DNA of 55,508 nt, filler included, from Bipalium vagum (GCA_037834085.1; 3 parts of 3 records of this genome joined end to end with filler, not necessarily neighbours in it); one strand, 5' to 3'; shown: positions 24,496 to 39,530, counted from the whole stretch's first letter. The notes: generated by a model from the letters alone, not told the origin. Translations and numbers: made by a program.

Positions 24496-27250
24496 AAAAA
24501 GAGTTTATCACAACTAAGTTAAAATAAATTTATGGTAAGTGAAGCCGGAAATCGAGAGAGAGAGGTGTAATTATTATATAAATTTTGTTGAGACATGTAC
24601 ATTATTTGACAGCCAATTGGATTCGTTTATTATGTAGTAAATCAACGAAGAAATAAGAAAAACAGTTTTTATTGTTGTATTGAAAAAGAAAAAGTCGCAC
24701 AAATCCGACCAGTTATATTTTTGAAATTGAGAATATTGATTTTTCCTTTTTCCGCTTTTAAAATTCATATTCCGGAATTTTAGAGTCAAAGAGAAGAATG
24801 AAAACATTCAAATTTGTGAACAAAGTAAAAATGTTCCTAGAAATTCTGGACGAATAGACAACATACAAACTGACTCGTGAGTTGAACCGATTGAGAGACA
24901 ATCTGAACAGTATCATGCTTTGTTATCGTAGTTATTTGAAGTGAATATTGGTCATTAAATGTTGTACGATTATTTAAATACTGTTGGGTTTGCCAAAAAC
25001 ACAACCGATTGTGGTACTAATAATGATTTTTGTAAATAATAATAATATTAAATAAAATTTTTATTTCAAAAATTAAAATCAGTCTAGAAAGCCATATATG
25101 AAAATCTCGACGGCGAGATTTTGATATATTGGGCTAATAAATTTATTTTTTAATGGAGATGCGTCCCGTCGTGGGAATTAAATTTTTATAAATAATTTTT
25201 TGATAAAACTTTATCTCGGCGTGGAGAAAGAGTTTGATTAATGGCAATTAGTGGATTTTGAGAGATAATATTTTATTATGTGATTAATTTAAAAGATAAA
25301 AGCGGTAAACGTTTACAGATCTGTATGAGTTATTATTTTAAATATTGCCTTTTACTATCTCAACGATTTAGAAAGGATTTCAAAACAAATAAAATTGAAT
25401 TTAACTTTCAACACAAATAAGGAATTGATGGCGATCTTAGGTTTATTTCTCTCTAAGATCTATTATTTATTACTGTTACTAATATTATTATGAAATATAT
25501 TCTTGCTATATTTTGACTTATTATGTTGCTTGCTTAGTGAAAATGGATTAGGGTAGTTCGACTAATCTCTCACTAACCAATACAATGATTCCAATAAAAA
25601 TTAAATAAAGTGAGAAAAAAGGTTGCGTGTTATCAATGTATATTTATGATCACAAACAACTTTTCCTTTGGAATAGTTTAGAAAAGTCTAGAAAATTATC
25701 AACTGATAGCAGTCTTGATAATCCATTAGGTAAGCAACGAATCTTCATCTAATAGTGTTAAGATTCTGAATTTTGATCAAAAAAGATTTCTTTTATTTGA
25801 TTCTGAAGTTGGCGAAAATAGTTGTTTCTTGAGTATTTACTATTGTTATTATTAAATTTATTAAAGAGCTTCAGCTAAACTGAGCTGTTTAGGGAGACTT
25901 CTTTTATTTTTTTAATTTAGTTAGTTAAGTTTGTCAGACCATCAACGGATCTTGAGAAACATAGACTGGATTGGGTTTACATTTTCTAATATTTAAAAAT
26001 AATAATTTTTTTATATGAAAAAGTTGTTTAATAATAATATCAATATTAGTGTTAAAATAAAATGAATAATTTTTATGTATTTGATGTTTCATATTGTTAG
26101 GTTCAAATTATTATTCAACTCGTATCATAACATCGGTCAGCTCTTGCCTCCACATTTCCATCCCTGTATCTTATAACAAAATATAGTCAATTAATAAATA
26201 TTGAATAATTGTAAATTGAGCTGAAATAAAACGGAAAAATCAATATAAATATACAAACTAGAAAATAAAAAACTATAGACAAAATAAATTGAAAAATTCT
26301 TACATGATATAGGACTAACAGGCTCTTGGATCAACCATGGCTTCATAATCGGGTCATTCGTGATTGAGCAAGTTTCACTGAGCCCGGTCGTCTTTGAAAA
26401 CAGTGAATAACATGTCGTTCTTCAAATGTTTTCAGAAAAATATTCTTTGAACAATATTCAATTTTCAATAATCTTTAAACTATATTCAACAACTTTCTTT
26501 CATCTTCTCAGCTCTGTGAACTCATTTATGGCCGACATCAGCTAATTAAAAATCACCGGCCAAATTGGATGCGATTATTCAATTTTAGGACCTCCGTGAG
26601 AAATATTTAAATGCTTCTGGGGGAAACAATTAAATGATTATAAAGCTACTGTTGTCAGCCACAAAAAATCTTTTAGGCGGCAGAAACTGTCTATAGAAGT
26701 AACGTGCCAAAATCAGGGGTCTAATGACTCTAATGCCATTAGGGAAATAGAGAAAAAAATTATCTTTTTTGAGGAAAAAATTATTTCCCGAATATATTTT
26801 TTAAGGAAATGTTCTTAAAACCCATTATCTGTCATTTAATTACTTTGCAACTAATGTGTATTTCCACATAAATTATTATTATATTATACTACGAGTTAAA
26901 AAAGGTTATATTCATTTTTTTTTAATAATAATGAGCAACTGTTGCTACCTGAATTATTTCGGAAATCTAAATGTTGTAAAGTAAATTAAAAACAAAATCT
27001 TCTTCAGTGTTAAACTTTAGTCTTATCCAGCCAATGTTTTCACCGGAGCAAAAGGTTCTGAGACAAAATATTTCACGTTACATACCGGCAATAATATGCA
27101 TAAGAGAACTATTTAAATATCAAAATCAATCTAACGCACAAAAAGAATAATTTTATGCTATTTCTCTTCTGGATGTACTCCTATTTATAGTATTATTCCT
27201 GCAGAGCCAGATCAATCCGATTGTAAAATTAATTTAATGATGTTAATATA

Positions 27251-28263
27251 CAGGGTCTTCCAAAAGAAGCTTTACTACTTTTAAAATGTTAAATACTATG
27301 TAGTTTTTGTTTAAATAAATTATTATTTAACATTATTTTAGCTAAACATTTGAAAATTAAATATAGATCATTATAATATGCAACAATTGGCGGAAATTTT
27401 CAAAATATTTTTTCAAAGCGGTAGTTCAATTTCAGTAACCGTTAAAAAATTAAATGCAAAATTTGGGAAAACCAAATTTCCATCAAAACCAACAATTTAC
27501 AGCCTGGTTAATGCTTTTGAAGCATTTGGCTCGGTAGCAGGTACACCAAAATCTGACGACCTGGATCTGCGCGTATACCTGAAAATATTGCAAGTACACA
27601 AGAAAGCATTGAAGACAATAAATGCACCTCAATCAGTCATGGAGCACAGGAATTAAACCTCTCAAAATCCAGTTTGTCGCGGATAATGCATGAAGATTTG
27701 CATATGAAAGCCTATAAGCTTATCATAGTTCAGAAGCTTAAAGAATCAGACCATCAAAGTCGCTTGAATTATTTTAATTGGTTGTTAGAAAGATCAATTG
27801 CGAATCCTCATTTTGGGAGAAAAATCATTATGACTGATAAAAGTCATTTTCACTTGAGTAAAGGTGTTTTAATAAACAAAATTGTCGAATTTAAAAAACA
27901 AAGCAACCGTATGTTTTGAAGGCAGAAGCATTACATTCGCAAAAGTTATTGTATTGTGTGGAATATAGGCAAGATGTGTAATAGGTCCATAATTCTTCGA
28001 AAATGTTGCATGTAAAACAGTTACAGTAACAGGAGAGAGAGATATCGACACGTGATAGAAACATTCCTTATGCCTTATCTGAATGATTTTAATGTGGAGA
28101 ATATTTAATTTCAGCAAGATAGTACCACATTCCATACAAATAGGATTAATTTTTGTAATATCTGTGTTTAAATAAAGGTATAAATAAAGTTACTTGGGTT
28201 TTTAATTTTTATGTACGGAGAAATAGCGACTTAAAGTAGTAAATCTTTTTTTGATAGACCCTG
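27251..28263 (+). mobile_element. Tc1/mariner superfamily element (DUF4817/Tc3-like, probably DD41D type), decayed
   Basis: TIRs CAGGGTCTTCCAAAAGAAGCTTTACTACTTT / AAAGTAGTAAATCTTTTTTTGATAGACCCTG with TA flanks; PTIYSLVNAFEAFGSV, DLHMKAYK, IMTDKSHFHL, FQQD. Confidence 0.88.
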
Positions 28264-29769
28264 TATATGCACTGGATCTGAGTACGCTTCGGGGAACAAT
28301 AAACATATAAGTTAAAAGCTTATACATTAATAGAAAATCCGCACAAATGATGTTTTTTGTGCCTGCACTAGGTCCACTGACGAAATCTGAATTATCAAGA
28401 TGGTCCTGCAAAGACTTTGCTGCATGGAAAATGAATCAATGTTATGAAACTTTAATGTTTGATAGCCTCTTGGATAAATTTTATAATCAAATTTCTCAAA
28501 GTCAAAAATCGGAACACTTTAAAAAAGTTATTTTAATAAAGTTCCCTATTAAAGAAATATCAATTTAAGTGTTCAAAATTTAATAATTCTCAATTTATTC
28601 GAAATTAAAATTAAAATTTAATTCAATAATATAAATGTAATTAATATAACGCTCACTCTTCTTTCAACGCCAAAATCAATCGTATTCTTTCCAAATTACC
28701 ACTCTTACCTCAGTTTATTTTGTTTTGTATAGTTCAAGCATCTCTATGATATATAGGAAGTTTTCGAGTTCCTACAATTCACCAATTTCGCCAGTGGTTA
28801 ATGCTGCCTGACAATTCAGTACACAACAACAATTAATCTATTAATGGATATCTTAGTTTACATTTTTATCCTTCTTTTAACTTTAAATAAAGAGGAAAGA
28901 AAGAATATTTATTTATTTTTGTTATTATAATATTTTACTTATCTTTTAATTATAAAAATACTTATTAACAATAATAATAATACTTATTTTAATATATTTT
29001 CATGCAAATCACAATTTGAAACTAACTCAACAACGTAATATGTAAAATTATAAAAGTAATTATTACTTGTCATCCACTATCGCCATGTATACGCAACTAT
29101 TCTTTTCAAACCCTTCGAAAACCCAAGTGCAGCCTTTAGTATTTTTTTTCCAAATTTGGATTAGTTAATCTCCACTTTCTTGCCATGACCACCAAGGTTT
29201 TTTTCACCAATAGGTCACTTGTTAAGAGTTTTCATTGACCTTAACTGCTGAAAAATTGAGAAGTTCACATTTTGAACTCATGAGTTCATAAAAATCCAAT
29301 ATATAATAAAATAAACAATGCAAAATGTTGTACCTAAAATATGGATAAAGGGGTACCAGAAAAATAGTCCCTCCTGTAATTTCACATCTCCTTTTTTAAG
29401 GTTTCTGTTTTTTGATAGAAAAAATTTTCTTGCATATCCATTTTATTCCATCTGAAGAATACTTATGTTCTGATATGGACATGTAACCACCCCAATCCTG
29501 ACATGTTTACTGTTTGGGCATCAATCCTTATTCAATTAATTTTATTGAAAGTCCATCTTTACTATTATAAATTATGTAATTGAATACATTTTTTTTATTT
29601 TAATGGTAACTAAAGAGAATATAGACTTTAATATTCAACTTAACTTTTTTACTAGCAAATTTAATTTCCACTCAAAATTTGTTTTAAATATATATATTTA
29701 AAATTTTTTTGAAAACTAAGAAAATGGTAAAGTAAATATTCTATTCAAAAGAATTATCTAATATATATA

Positions 29770-30900
29770 CAGTAGGTTCAAAAAGTTCCGTGACTTATGT
29801 TGTAAAAGCCAAAAATAATGAGAGAAAATAAAATTTAATTTTTAAAATATAACCCTTCTCTCTTTATACATTTCTGGCATCATCCATACAACCTCTGGAA
29901 GGCGTTGTGTTACTCCTCTTTTGGAATCAATTTCAAAAATCTTGTTATATTTCTCTGAATTTTATCAAAAAATCTGCCCTTAAGGGTTGCTTTCATCTTC
30001 AGAGAAAGAAAATAGTCTGTCGGAGCTAGATCGGGTGAATATGGTTGATCATGGAAACCTTTTTCTTCGTCAAAAATCGTGAAACGATAAGTGATGTATG
30101 TACAGGTGCATTGTCACGCAAAAGGAATCATTCACATGATAACGCATAATCCAGTCTAACTCTTCGAATTCTGTTCAAAAGTGGTTTCAGGACCTCTTGA
30201 TAAAATATCCAGTTACCGTTTGATCTTGCGGAACAAATTCACGATTGATAATTACCCACAAATCAAAAGATACGATAAGCATTGTTTTAATTTTCGACTT
30301 CGTCAATCTGATTTTTATCGGTCTTCTTTCATTCTGTTCAAGCCATTCGGTTGTTTGACGTTTTTTTGATGGATCATACTGTAAGCACCACGCTCCATTG
30401 CCTCTAACAATGTTTTTTATAAAATTTGAATTACGGTCGGCATGTTGAAGAAAATATTGCGAACCTTGTGCACATTGCAGCTTTTGATCTGACGCCAAAA
30501 AGTGTGGAACGAATTTCGTACACAATTTTAGTTTTCCAAGAAAGTCATGAACGATATTGTGGACACTTCCAGCGCTTAAACTGACATCTACCGATAACAC
30601 TTAAGGTTTATTCTGCGGTTTCCTATCATTACAGTTCGAACTTAATCCACATTCTTTTAGTTGATACTTGTGGTGTGACCACCCTATCTCTCATTATCCT
30701 CCTGTGATTCACGGCCATTCTTGAACATTGAAAAGCATTCAAAGACCTTGCTACGACTCGTGCAATCTTTTCCATATGTCTATTGCTGTTTTCCCACATT
30801 TAAAATTAAATTTGATTGTTGCTCTTTGTTCCATTTCTTATTATTAGAATTCAAATTATTAAGCTAAAGTTGATTATAAATTAGAATTGATACATTTAAT
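29770..30900 (-). mobile_element. Decayed mariner
   Basis: TIR CAGTAGGTTCAAAAAGTTCCGTGAC; KFVPHFL, WCLQYDP.KKRQ, KTMLIVSFD, DNAPVH, YSPDLAPTDYF. Confidence 0.88.
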
Positions 30901-33747
30901 CAATAACTTAAGTGGATTACATGAAATTTATATGGCATTTAGTTGAAAGTCTGCGCTAACTATTCCTTACGTTGTATTTCACATTTAAAGTTTTGTCCAC
31001 AGATTTATGCTCAGTGATTAAATCAGACGCAGTGGATGATGTCAGTTATAGATCGCTGAGCTTATTGTTTTAAGCTTCACTAACCTTAAGGTAATTCGTT
31101 AGTTGAATTAATAAAATTGACTAATAATCAAAATTTATATATTATTATTGATTTTTTCTGACTTCATGAATCCTTTATTTAACCTATTATTTCTATCCTA
31201 ATCCTTATTCTTTTTATTATAGAAATCCTTAATTTAATTTTAGTTATTTATATTCATCATGCAAAGAATTTAACTCAAAATAATAACAGAATTATTAAAT
31301 CCCAAAATAAATGAAAGTTACATTTTTAATTTAAATATTAAACTATTAAACAACATACAAATAAATATTAACCAAAAAAATAAAATAAAATTGTCAAAAC
31401 ACAACAAAATCAGAGTTTGATCAAAAGTTTGTTATACTAATGAACCATTGTTTCTTGGTGATCATTGTCAAGATAGCATTGACCCATGAAGATCAGTGAC
31501 ATTATTTGTATAAGTAATTAATGGAAAAATAAAGTATTCTCATGGATGACGAATAGTCAGGCAATCCGCAAGGATGAACCAAACCTTGAAGCAGTTTTAT
31601 ATTGGCTCACTCTTGCACATTTTACTTCAATGAATAAACATGAGCATGGAAAATAAATTGGGACCGCGTCCACCGGAAACTTATATTTATAATTTAAAAA
31701 TGTTACAATCACTTACTAATATTTAAACATACCGAAAATGAAATTAATAAATTCATAAATTCGGACTTAGAATGAAAGAGATTTGATCGATTTATCAATA
31801 ATTCTTAGGTCGTTACATTGTTTCTGAGAATTAATCGATTTTTCAAATTTATTAAAAGTTTAATTTTTTTAAAATCAATAAATAATGAATTAGCAATAAA
31901 ATACTCAGTATTTAAACGAAGAAAAATTTTATTGAATTTTTTCGTGACGGATCGAATCTAAATGTTTTTCTTCATCAAAGTCGTTTTTATTTGATTCGAA
32001 GTGGTAAAATTTCAAAATATTTAAGAATATAAATTATATTAAATCAATAAAATAAGGTGAAGTTTCGAGAATCTTCAAAAACATTACAATAGAATTGAAA
32101 TAGAATTAAATTTATAACGATCTTAGAAAATGGAAATGTGAGTTAGAAATTATCCACCACATTTATTATTTTAGTGCTTTTGCAATAAAATCGATTTGAT
32201 GAGTCAGAAATAATCAATATTATTTAGAACAAAATTTTTTTAAAAATTCATTAAAGTTATAATAAGCATTAGAAAAATAACATTTTTTAAAACCAATAAT
32301 AAATTTTGATCAATATAAGAATTTACACAGAATTAAAAAATTAAATTATCAACCAACAATAGAAAAATTATAATTTAAAAAGTTAATAGTATAGAACTTA
32401 AACAAAATACAATTAAATCTAATTTTTTTAAATGACCAGGGACTTCCATAAATTTATTCACTTTTCCACTAATTCACGATTCTCTTTAGATTTTGATATT
32501 TTTCTGTCCCTTTAATTTTTTGATGTATTCCTTGCTGATTTTTCAGAGAAAAAGTCTGTTAGTATTTTAATATTAACGAGATTGTATCTATAGGAATCAT
32601 AACCCATGAGCAAAATCAAAAATATTTAAGATTTATTAAAAAAACTTAAGAAAAAAATCAGAGGAAAAGATACCAATGCTAATCAAATAATATCTCACGA
32701 TCAACTTTAAGTTAGACAACATTTCGCCAAATCTTAATACCTATAAGTTGCTGTCCATTACTGTATGCCATCTTCACACAATATCTTCAAAATAAATAAA
32801 TCACACTATTACTTTGGAGAATAATTGGTGCCAAAACTCCATAAAATGATGGTTATATGATGATATTACGTTTATTAATAATATCATTCAAGCATCAAAT
32901 CTTAATCAAATATATCAAATCAAGAACTCAAAAAATCATAATAAAAAATAATAATAGGTAAGATGTAAACTCATTTGATTCGCCGTTTCTGTGAGAGCAT
33001 CAAAGGAGCTGCGGAAAATAATGCTGTTGAGGTAAAACAAAAAATAATTAACCCGCTGCAGGTAGAATTAGTTGTTGTCACAGAAACACAATAAAACCCC
33101 ATTAGGGTAAAAATGTAAAATAATCCTCTACCGCTCTAGTTAAAGAGGGATTTATTTACAAAAATGTGGAAAATCTTTTAATTATTATATTATTAATATC
33201 GAAATCCAGAAAATCTATTAATTTTAGATAACATATCTTCGCTACTTTAATATTATTTGTGTTAAATGCTTCGAATTCTATGTTGATAATCGATTGAATA
33301 AATAAAATACAATCACTTTCTGATTAAAATAAACTTTATTATATTAGAATAAAGACAAAAAAATTAAAAAGTAAAACCACGTAAGAAACGAGTTACAAAA
33401 TAATCACTTTCATATTCAGGAAAGAAAAACTATCCAAAAATTGTATATTTAAAATGAAGAATGGTGTTTATAAAGGGACGAAAAATATTCAATAGTATTG
33501 TCAAAACAATTTTACACTTAAAAATAATAAAGAGAAAATATCGATTGTTATTAAAATCAATATTATATTGAAAATCAATTCCTAAATAGAAAATAAAATT
33601 TTCTTTACTTTAATCATTTTATTATTAATATTGCGTTTTTGATTTTTGATTTATTTTTATTATTTGACTAAATATGTCAAATTGAATTTAAGAATAAACA
33701 CTTTTTTTTCATCTATTCCGTCTAAAGTATGTATTGTATTTTTGCAG

Positions 33748-33855
33748 CCGTGTAAAGTGTTTTCTGAAATATCACCTATTCCCATTGGTACTGCGTCATT
33801 GGCTCAAGTTCATTATGGAAGGTTGAGAGGCTCGAATTTAGAAGTTGCTATTAAA
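33748..33855 (+). CDS. ADCK1: ADCK1 exon 4
   Basis: ttgcAG acceptor; PIGTASLAQVH (A-rich loop) ... EVAIK (catalytic Lys); donor gtagga. Confidence 0.92.
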
Positions 33856-33946
33856 GTAGGAAATTACTTATCTTTCAGGGATCATAAAATTACAAAAATC
33901 AATCTTTCTCTCTATCTCATTCAATTATAGTTTTTCTTTTCTCCAG

Positions 33947-34162
33947 GTTCAACATAGAGAAGTGAAAGATCATTCTACGATTGATATTATGTGTATGGAT
34001 TTTCTTTTTTCATTGATTAGCGAAATATTTCCCCAAATGAATTTGAAATGGTTGGCTGAGGAAACACGACAAAATCTACCAAAAGAATTAAACTTTTTAA
34101 TGGAAGGAAAAAATGCAGAAAGTCTCAGGGATAGGTTGTCGAAAAAATTTTCTTTTCTTGTA
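33947..34162 (+). CDS. ADCK1: ADCK1 exon 5 (gene continues; later exons not found in window)
   Basis: ctccAG acceptor; VQHREVKDHSTIDI...WLAEETRQNLPKELNFLMEGKNAE; donor gtaagc. Confidence 0.92.
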
Positions 34163-34629
34163 GTAAGCGTTATCTTTATGATTTTGATACACCTTGCATG
34201 ATATATTGATGTTAAGATTTTTCCAATAATTACTAAAGCTCTTTCAGATCCTTGGATCTTGAAATTTGCACATTTTAAAATCATAAGGTCTTTAATAAAT
34301 AAATATAAATACGCAAAATAATTATAATCATTATCTTTGTATTAATATTGATAATTTTTAAAGACTCAGATATGGTCAAAATATATCATTTTAACTTAAT
34401 TTTATAACGTGTGTTTATTATTGATCAAAAATTCAATGGAGATTTCAATCAAAGTTTAAGGTTTAAAGAATTTGAATTTTAAATTCTGCAATAATAGCAT
34501 TAAATTAATAATAAAATAATTACAAAAATATTTTGGTTCTCTTGCGATTTGTTATTTTGGATTGATCTCAGTATACATTTATTAATAGTAATAAATTTAT
34601 TAAAAATCAGTAAAAATAAAGTAAAAATA

Positions 34630-35149
34630 TAGGGTCATTCATAAAAGACTGACATTTTAATTTATCAATAAAACATTTTGAAACAGATTTAACTTTATTC
34701 AAAAATATGAGCAATGAAGTTATTTGTGAAACAAGACATCTGACAAATGAGTGCCTTGTCCGTACAAGCACAGGTTGATTCTTGTTATGACATTTTTGCA
34801 TTGGCCCTTGGAAATTTCAGCCATCTTGTTTCGAATTTCTTTTTTAGCTCATCAATGTTTGGGATTTGTTGACGTATACCTTATCTTTAAGATAACCCCA
34901 AAGAAAGTGGTCTAGTGGTGTCAAGTCACAGATGACCAAAAGCAGTACTGCATTTTCGAATTGTTTCGGCAAAACATGACCCATTCTGATAATAAATTTT
35001 GACAATTTTTATGCGTTGCTGGATTGTATAATTTTGCATTTTGAAATATCAATATTTATAGATATTATTAAAACAAATATATATACGATGGTATTTTTGC
35101 AATAAAAATTATAGCCAATGTATAGTGTCAGTCCTTTATGAATGACTAT
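34630..35149 (-). mobile_element. Internally deleted Tc1/mariner (DD41D-like) element
   Basis: TIRs GTCATTCATAAAAGACTGACA / TGTCAGTCCTTTATGAATGAC; DLTPLDHFLWGYLKDKVY. Confidence 0.8.
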
Positions 35150-38039
35150 ATAATAACGTGTCAATAATTAATAATATAAAATTTTAATCAAATAAGTACT
35201 GAGTTATTTATAATATTCATGAATATATCTGATTAATAAATAAAAATCGATAAAGTAAATAATCTTTATCAATGACAATTAAGTAATAGCAATATATTTA
35301 ATTAAAATCTTTAAGGTTCTTAGAAAATCCTTTCACTTAGTAATCTGTGGAAAGGCCCGGGGACATTTAACCAGCCAAACCGATGTATAAATTGTAAACA
35401 GAAAAAGAGAATAAAAAAAATATTAAAAACAAAAATAAATAATCATAGTATCGATGAACTAATGATTATTAGAGTGACGAATTTATTTTAAAAGTCTTGT
35501 ACAATTTTAAGTAAAAATTAAAAAAATTAAAAGTGAAAAATAATATTATTAATAATAATGATAAAAATTACTTACATTTTAAATTACAATACATTTTACA
35601 TATCATTGTAAAACATTAATTACAATACATAAAAATTACAATCAACCTGGTAATTAGCCTTATTTAATTGAATTTTAAAAGTATTAAACTGAACTTTAAA
35701 GCCTTGTATATCCCTGAATATAAATTCGATGAGTCGTTGGAATAATTTTTGTTTTTTTTATCACTAATCACTGATTTTACTATTTATATCGATTATTTGT
35801 CGTGATTTATGCATGATAATTTTGCGTGCTTGGATTTTTTTGGTAAAATTTTGGTGAGTGACTTTTTAATACCACAGGCTTATATAATTAAAAATTATTA
35901 TTTTTAGTATGTTGTTTTTTTATTTATTTTTTAATACATATATATTTTTTATCTTTATTTCTATTCATAGAAATTTAAGGTTTCTATTTTTAAATACTCA
36001 TATTTTTATCTTAATATTACAATAATAATAATAATATACTTTTATAAAGATTAGGGTTTTAATAAAAAAAAATTGAGGTTTTTATTTTACATAGAAAGGA
36101 ATCATATAATCAAGCATAAAGTTCGTTTAATCAATGTTTTCAGTTTTCCGGAGTATAAATTATTGATATTTTTAAAAAGAAATATTTATATATTGATTAT
36201 AATTGCTTAAGTTATTTAAATTTTATTATTATTAAAACTCATTATTATAATAAAAATTACTATTTTAAAATAAAAAATTCTTATTGTTTAAAACTTTAGA
36301 AAAAAATAATTTTAAACATTTAAGTAATGATTAATTCAATTATTTAGCTAAAAAATAAGTTGTAAATATTGTCTGGTTTTTTTTTATAAAACAAAGAATT
36401 TTATTTTACTGAACTTTGAAAACATTCAAAATATTTTTTTAAGATTGAAAGTAATAAATTTCAAGTCATTATATGTAATAAATGACACTGTTTTCCATTA
36501 AAATTTGCGAATCATTAATTTGAAATTGATATAGTCAAACATAAATTAGAAATTTATTTCAATAGTCAAATAAAATTAAAACAATATCTTAATACGTTGA
36601 TGACACTTAATATTTTTGCTAGTTCATATTTTTGACGAATGTTTTTGTTTAAAACAAAATCTTTTTTTGATTGATGAATAAAACATGAGCCATTTTATTA
36701 ATCCTAATAGCTTTAATTAACATAAATCAAAAAATTCATTAAGCGACGCTCTTTTTTTCCATTACTCATATTTATCTAATTTTTAAAATATTTTTTACAG
36801 AAAATATACAACTTTTGTAGTTATTTTATATATATTATTGCTAAATTACACACAATAAGTATTTTTTCAAGAACGAGAACTACATCAAATAAGAGTATTT
36901 ACTGAAGGCTGTAGACACCTATATTTCTGTTGATAGATACGTCAAAACGAATAAATTCTAACATTCAAAAAACCTCGAAAAAGATCAATTGTCGGGCCCT
37001 AATTTATAAAAAATTATACAATGTTATATTACAAAGCATTGGTACAAATATAAATAGAAAAACCGACGACTGCTATAGAAGAAAAGACTATTATATATAG
37101 TCTTCATGGAAGATATCAGATTTCAGATGACTATTATGAAAACCATGCCCGTCAACGTCTTCAGTGGTTAACAGGGATTAATTTACAAACCTGATGGTAT
37201 CCTCGTGTTAGCCTGGACCGACCACAGAACTTGATTGAATTCCGGTTGAGACGCAGAGTTACTCCTTTGTTGACGATCAAATTTGATTGATCAAAACTGA
37301 CCAAGTGATCTGTTGTCCTCACTGATGGTATTCCCATGTTAGCTTGAGCCTGATGAGTGAAAACAATTTTAAATTAAAAACAGAAGCAATTAATCAAATA
37401 GCAGAATACTTGAAATCAATTAAATTGAAAAGTTTTATTTTATGATGTGAAATAATGTTGTAAATCAATTAAATCATTGTAAATTAAAAAATTTAATTAT
37501 TAATAATAATTAATAATTAAATATTCAATTATTATAATTTTTATAATTTCATATAAAATATAACAATATCAAATGTCAAAATACGATATTTTGTTAGAGT
37601 TACTTAATTATTACTTAAAGTTAAGAATCTTATCTTGATAAGTTCAGAGATCTCCTAAAAGTGTTAAGATCTTAATTTGTATAAAAGAAATACTATGATT
37701 TCTTTATTCTTGAGTTTGATTCTCAAGTTTTTACTTAAATTAATTAAGTATTTGTGAGACTAATAAATAATTTAAATTGTATCTCAAATAATTATAGAAA
37801 TTATTTATGATATAATAATATTAAACGCAAAATGTTTATGAACCAAAATAAAAAAGTATTTTAATTCCATTGCTCTAAATACTAACTAAAACTTAATAAT
37901 GTTTATATATAAGCAGTCATTATTATATATATATATATATCTGTTTCATGTTTGATGCATTCATGCTATCTAAAATATATTACATTTTTAAAATGTATAC
38001 TTTATATAAATAACCACAGTACACTTAACTCCCACCTAA

Positions 38040-38857
38040 TGTAACAAAATAATAGGAAAGAAATAAAAACACAATTCTAATAAACAAGAATTTTATCACA
38101 ATAAAATAATATCAATAACACAAAATCAAATTGGTGTCAAGTAATGTTATGAATCAAATTAAATTAAGTACTGAAATTAGTAAAAATAAAATCATATCGA
38201 AATATAAGAAAAATAAGAAATCAAAAGAAAAACAAAACAAAATATCTTATTCTCACTGCAACGGTCAACGGGTCCCCGGATCGTCCGCTATGCTCTGTAT
38301 GGTCACCTAGAGATTCTCTGACTCCAATGGACCCATTGAATAATCCTGCTACAGCTCGATTTGTATGTTTCAAAAAATACTTACGATCAATCTGAATATC
38401 CTTTATAAAACTTCTGACACAATTTTAACTTTGTAATCGATTTACTCTTTTCCTTGGGCCAATTTCCTATCGTCAAAGAAGGCTATTTACCCGAATATTC
38501 CAATAATTTCCGATCCTAATTGTTGTCTGATGTTATCTCTAAAGGGAGATAACGTCAATTTTTATTTATTTATACAGAGTGCGGTGCTAGAATTCGGAAA
38601 ACATTTAAATTGAGATTTTTCTAATATTAGAAATCATGGAATTCTGAAATATGTTTTGTTTACATCGATAATTTTGACTTTAAAATGGAAAATATGGATA
38701 CCATAAATAAATATGGTGCGATAAAAGAGCTGCTATCATCGAAAACCTTCATATTATATATATTTTTATTACGGAATAGTATTAAATTACTTTTATGATT
38801 AATATTATTTCAGAATCCTAGTGGTCTCTTCGGTTCGTGTCCTTGGCAAACCCAACA
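38040..38857 (-). mobile_element. Putative solo LTR (TGTTGGGTTTGCC...TTACA)
   Basis: TG...CA termini; shares its 5' end with the copies at 7739 and 24982; no TSD seen. Confidence 0.45.
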
Positions 38858-39301
38858 TATATATATAGGTAGATAGTTAAAAACCAATTTTATAAATGAC
38901 AAAAATGATATAAACATGATAAACTATAAATATTAAAAATTGGTTCAGGGCTGTAAATACCAGCAATAATAGAAAATAATATTAAATAAAAATATTGATT
39001 TTTCTAAAAATTTTAAGTTTCTACTAAAGGTAAATAATTTTATGGGATTAACAATATCGAATTTGATCGGTAGAAACTCAACAAAGTAATTTCAAATCAG
39101 AAGGCTTTATAGTGTGTAATAAAATTTCAAAGTAAAACAAAATTGATCTTTAACAAATATATATTTGTTGACAAAAATTGATGATTATTATTATTAGGGT
39201 GTCCCATAAAAAATGAGCGTTTTCAATAAAAAATTCTTTTTAAAAATTTTATTGCACAAAACAAATATCAGTTACTAAAATAATATCCATCATTTGCACA
39301 A

Positions 39302-39401
39302 NNNNNNNNNNNNNNNNNNNNNNNNNNNNNNNNNNNNNNNNNNNNTTAATTAATTAANNNNNNNNNNNNNNNNNNNNNNNNNNNNNNNNNNNNNNNNNNN
39401 N
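39302..39401. other. Assembly gap with TTAATTAATTAA linker
   Basis: 100 nt of N with the linker at 39346-39357. Confidence 0.97.
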
Positions 39402-39530
39402 TACAAGAAGTACTGGATTCAGTTATCAAAATTATTAATTATATGAAATCAGGAGCTTTAAACAACCGTCTATTTAAAAAACTATGTCAAGATATGGATT
39501 CTGAACACGAGGTTCTTTTTTATTATACTA
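39402..39530 (+). mobile_element. hAT (Charlie/Buster, ZBED5-like) transposase fragment
   Basis: QEVLDSVIKIINYMKSGALNNRLFKKLCQDMDSEHEVLFYYT. Confidence 0.8.

Noticed and set aside
26110-26430. Apparent two-exon minus-strand gene (gtaag donor, taag acceptor)
   Set aside because: No recognisable protein; another frame gives AMVDPRAC*SYI, resembling a decayed retroviral protease, so more likely LTR debris.
37140-37365. Possible hammerhead ribozyme (CTGATGAG-TGAAA; CTGAAGA on minus strand) with a short internal duplication
   Set aside because: Could not build stems II/III with a valid cleavage triplet.
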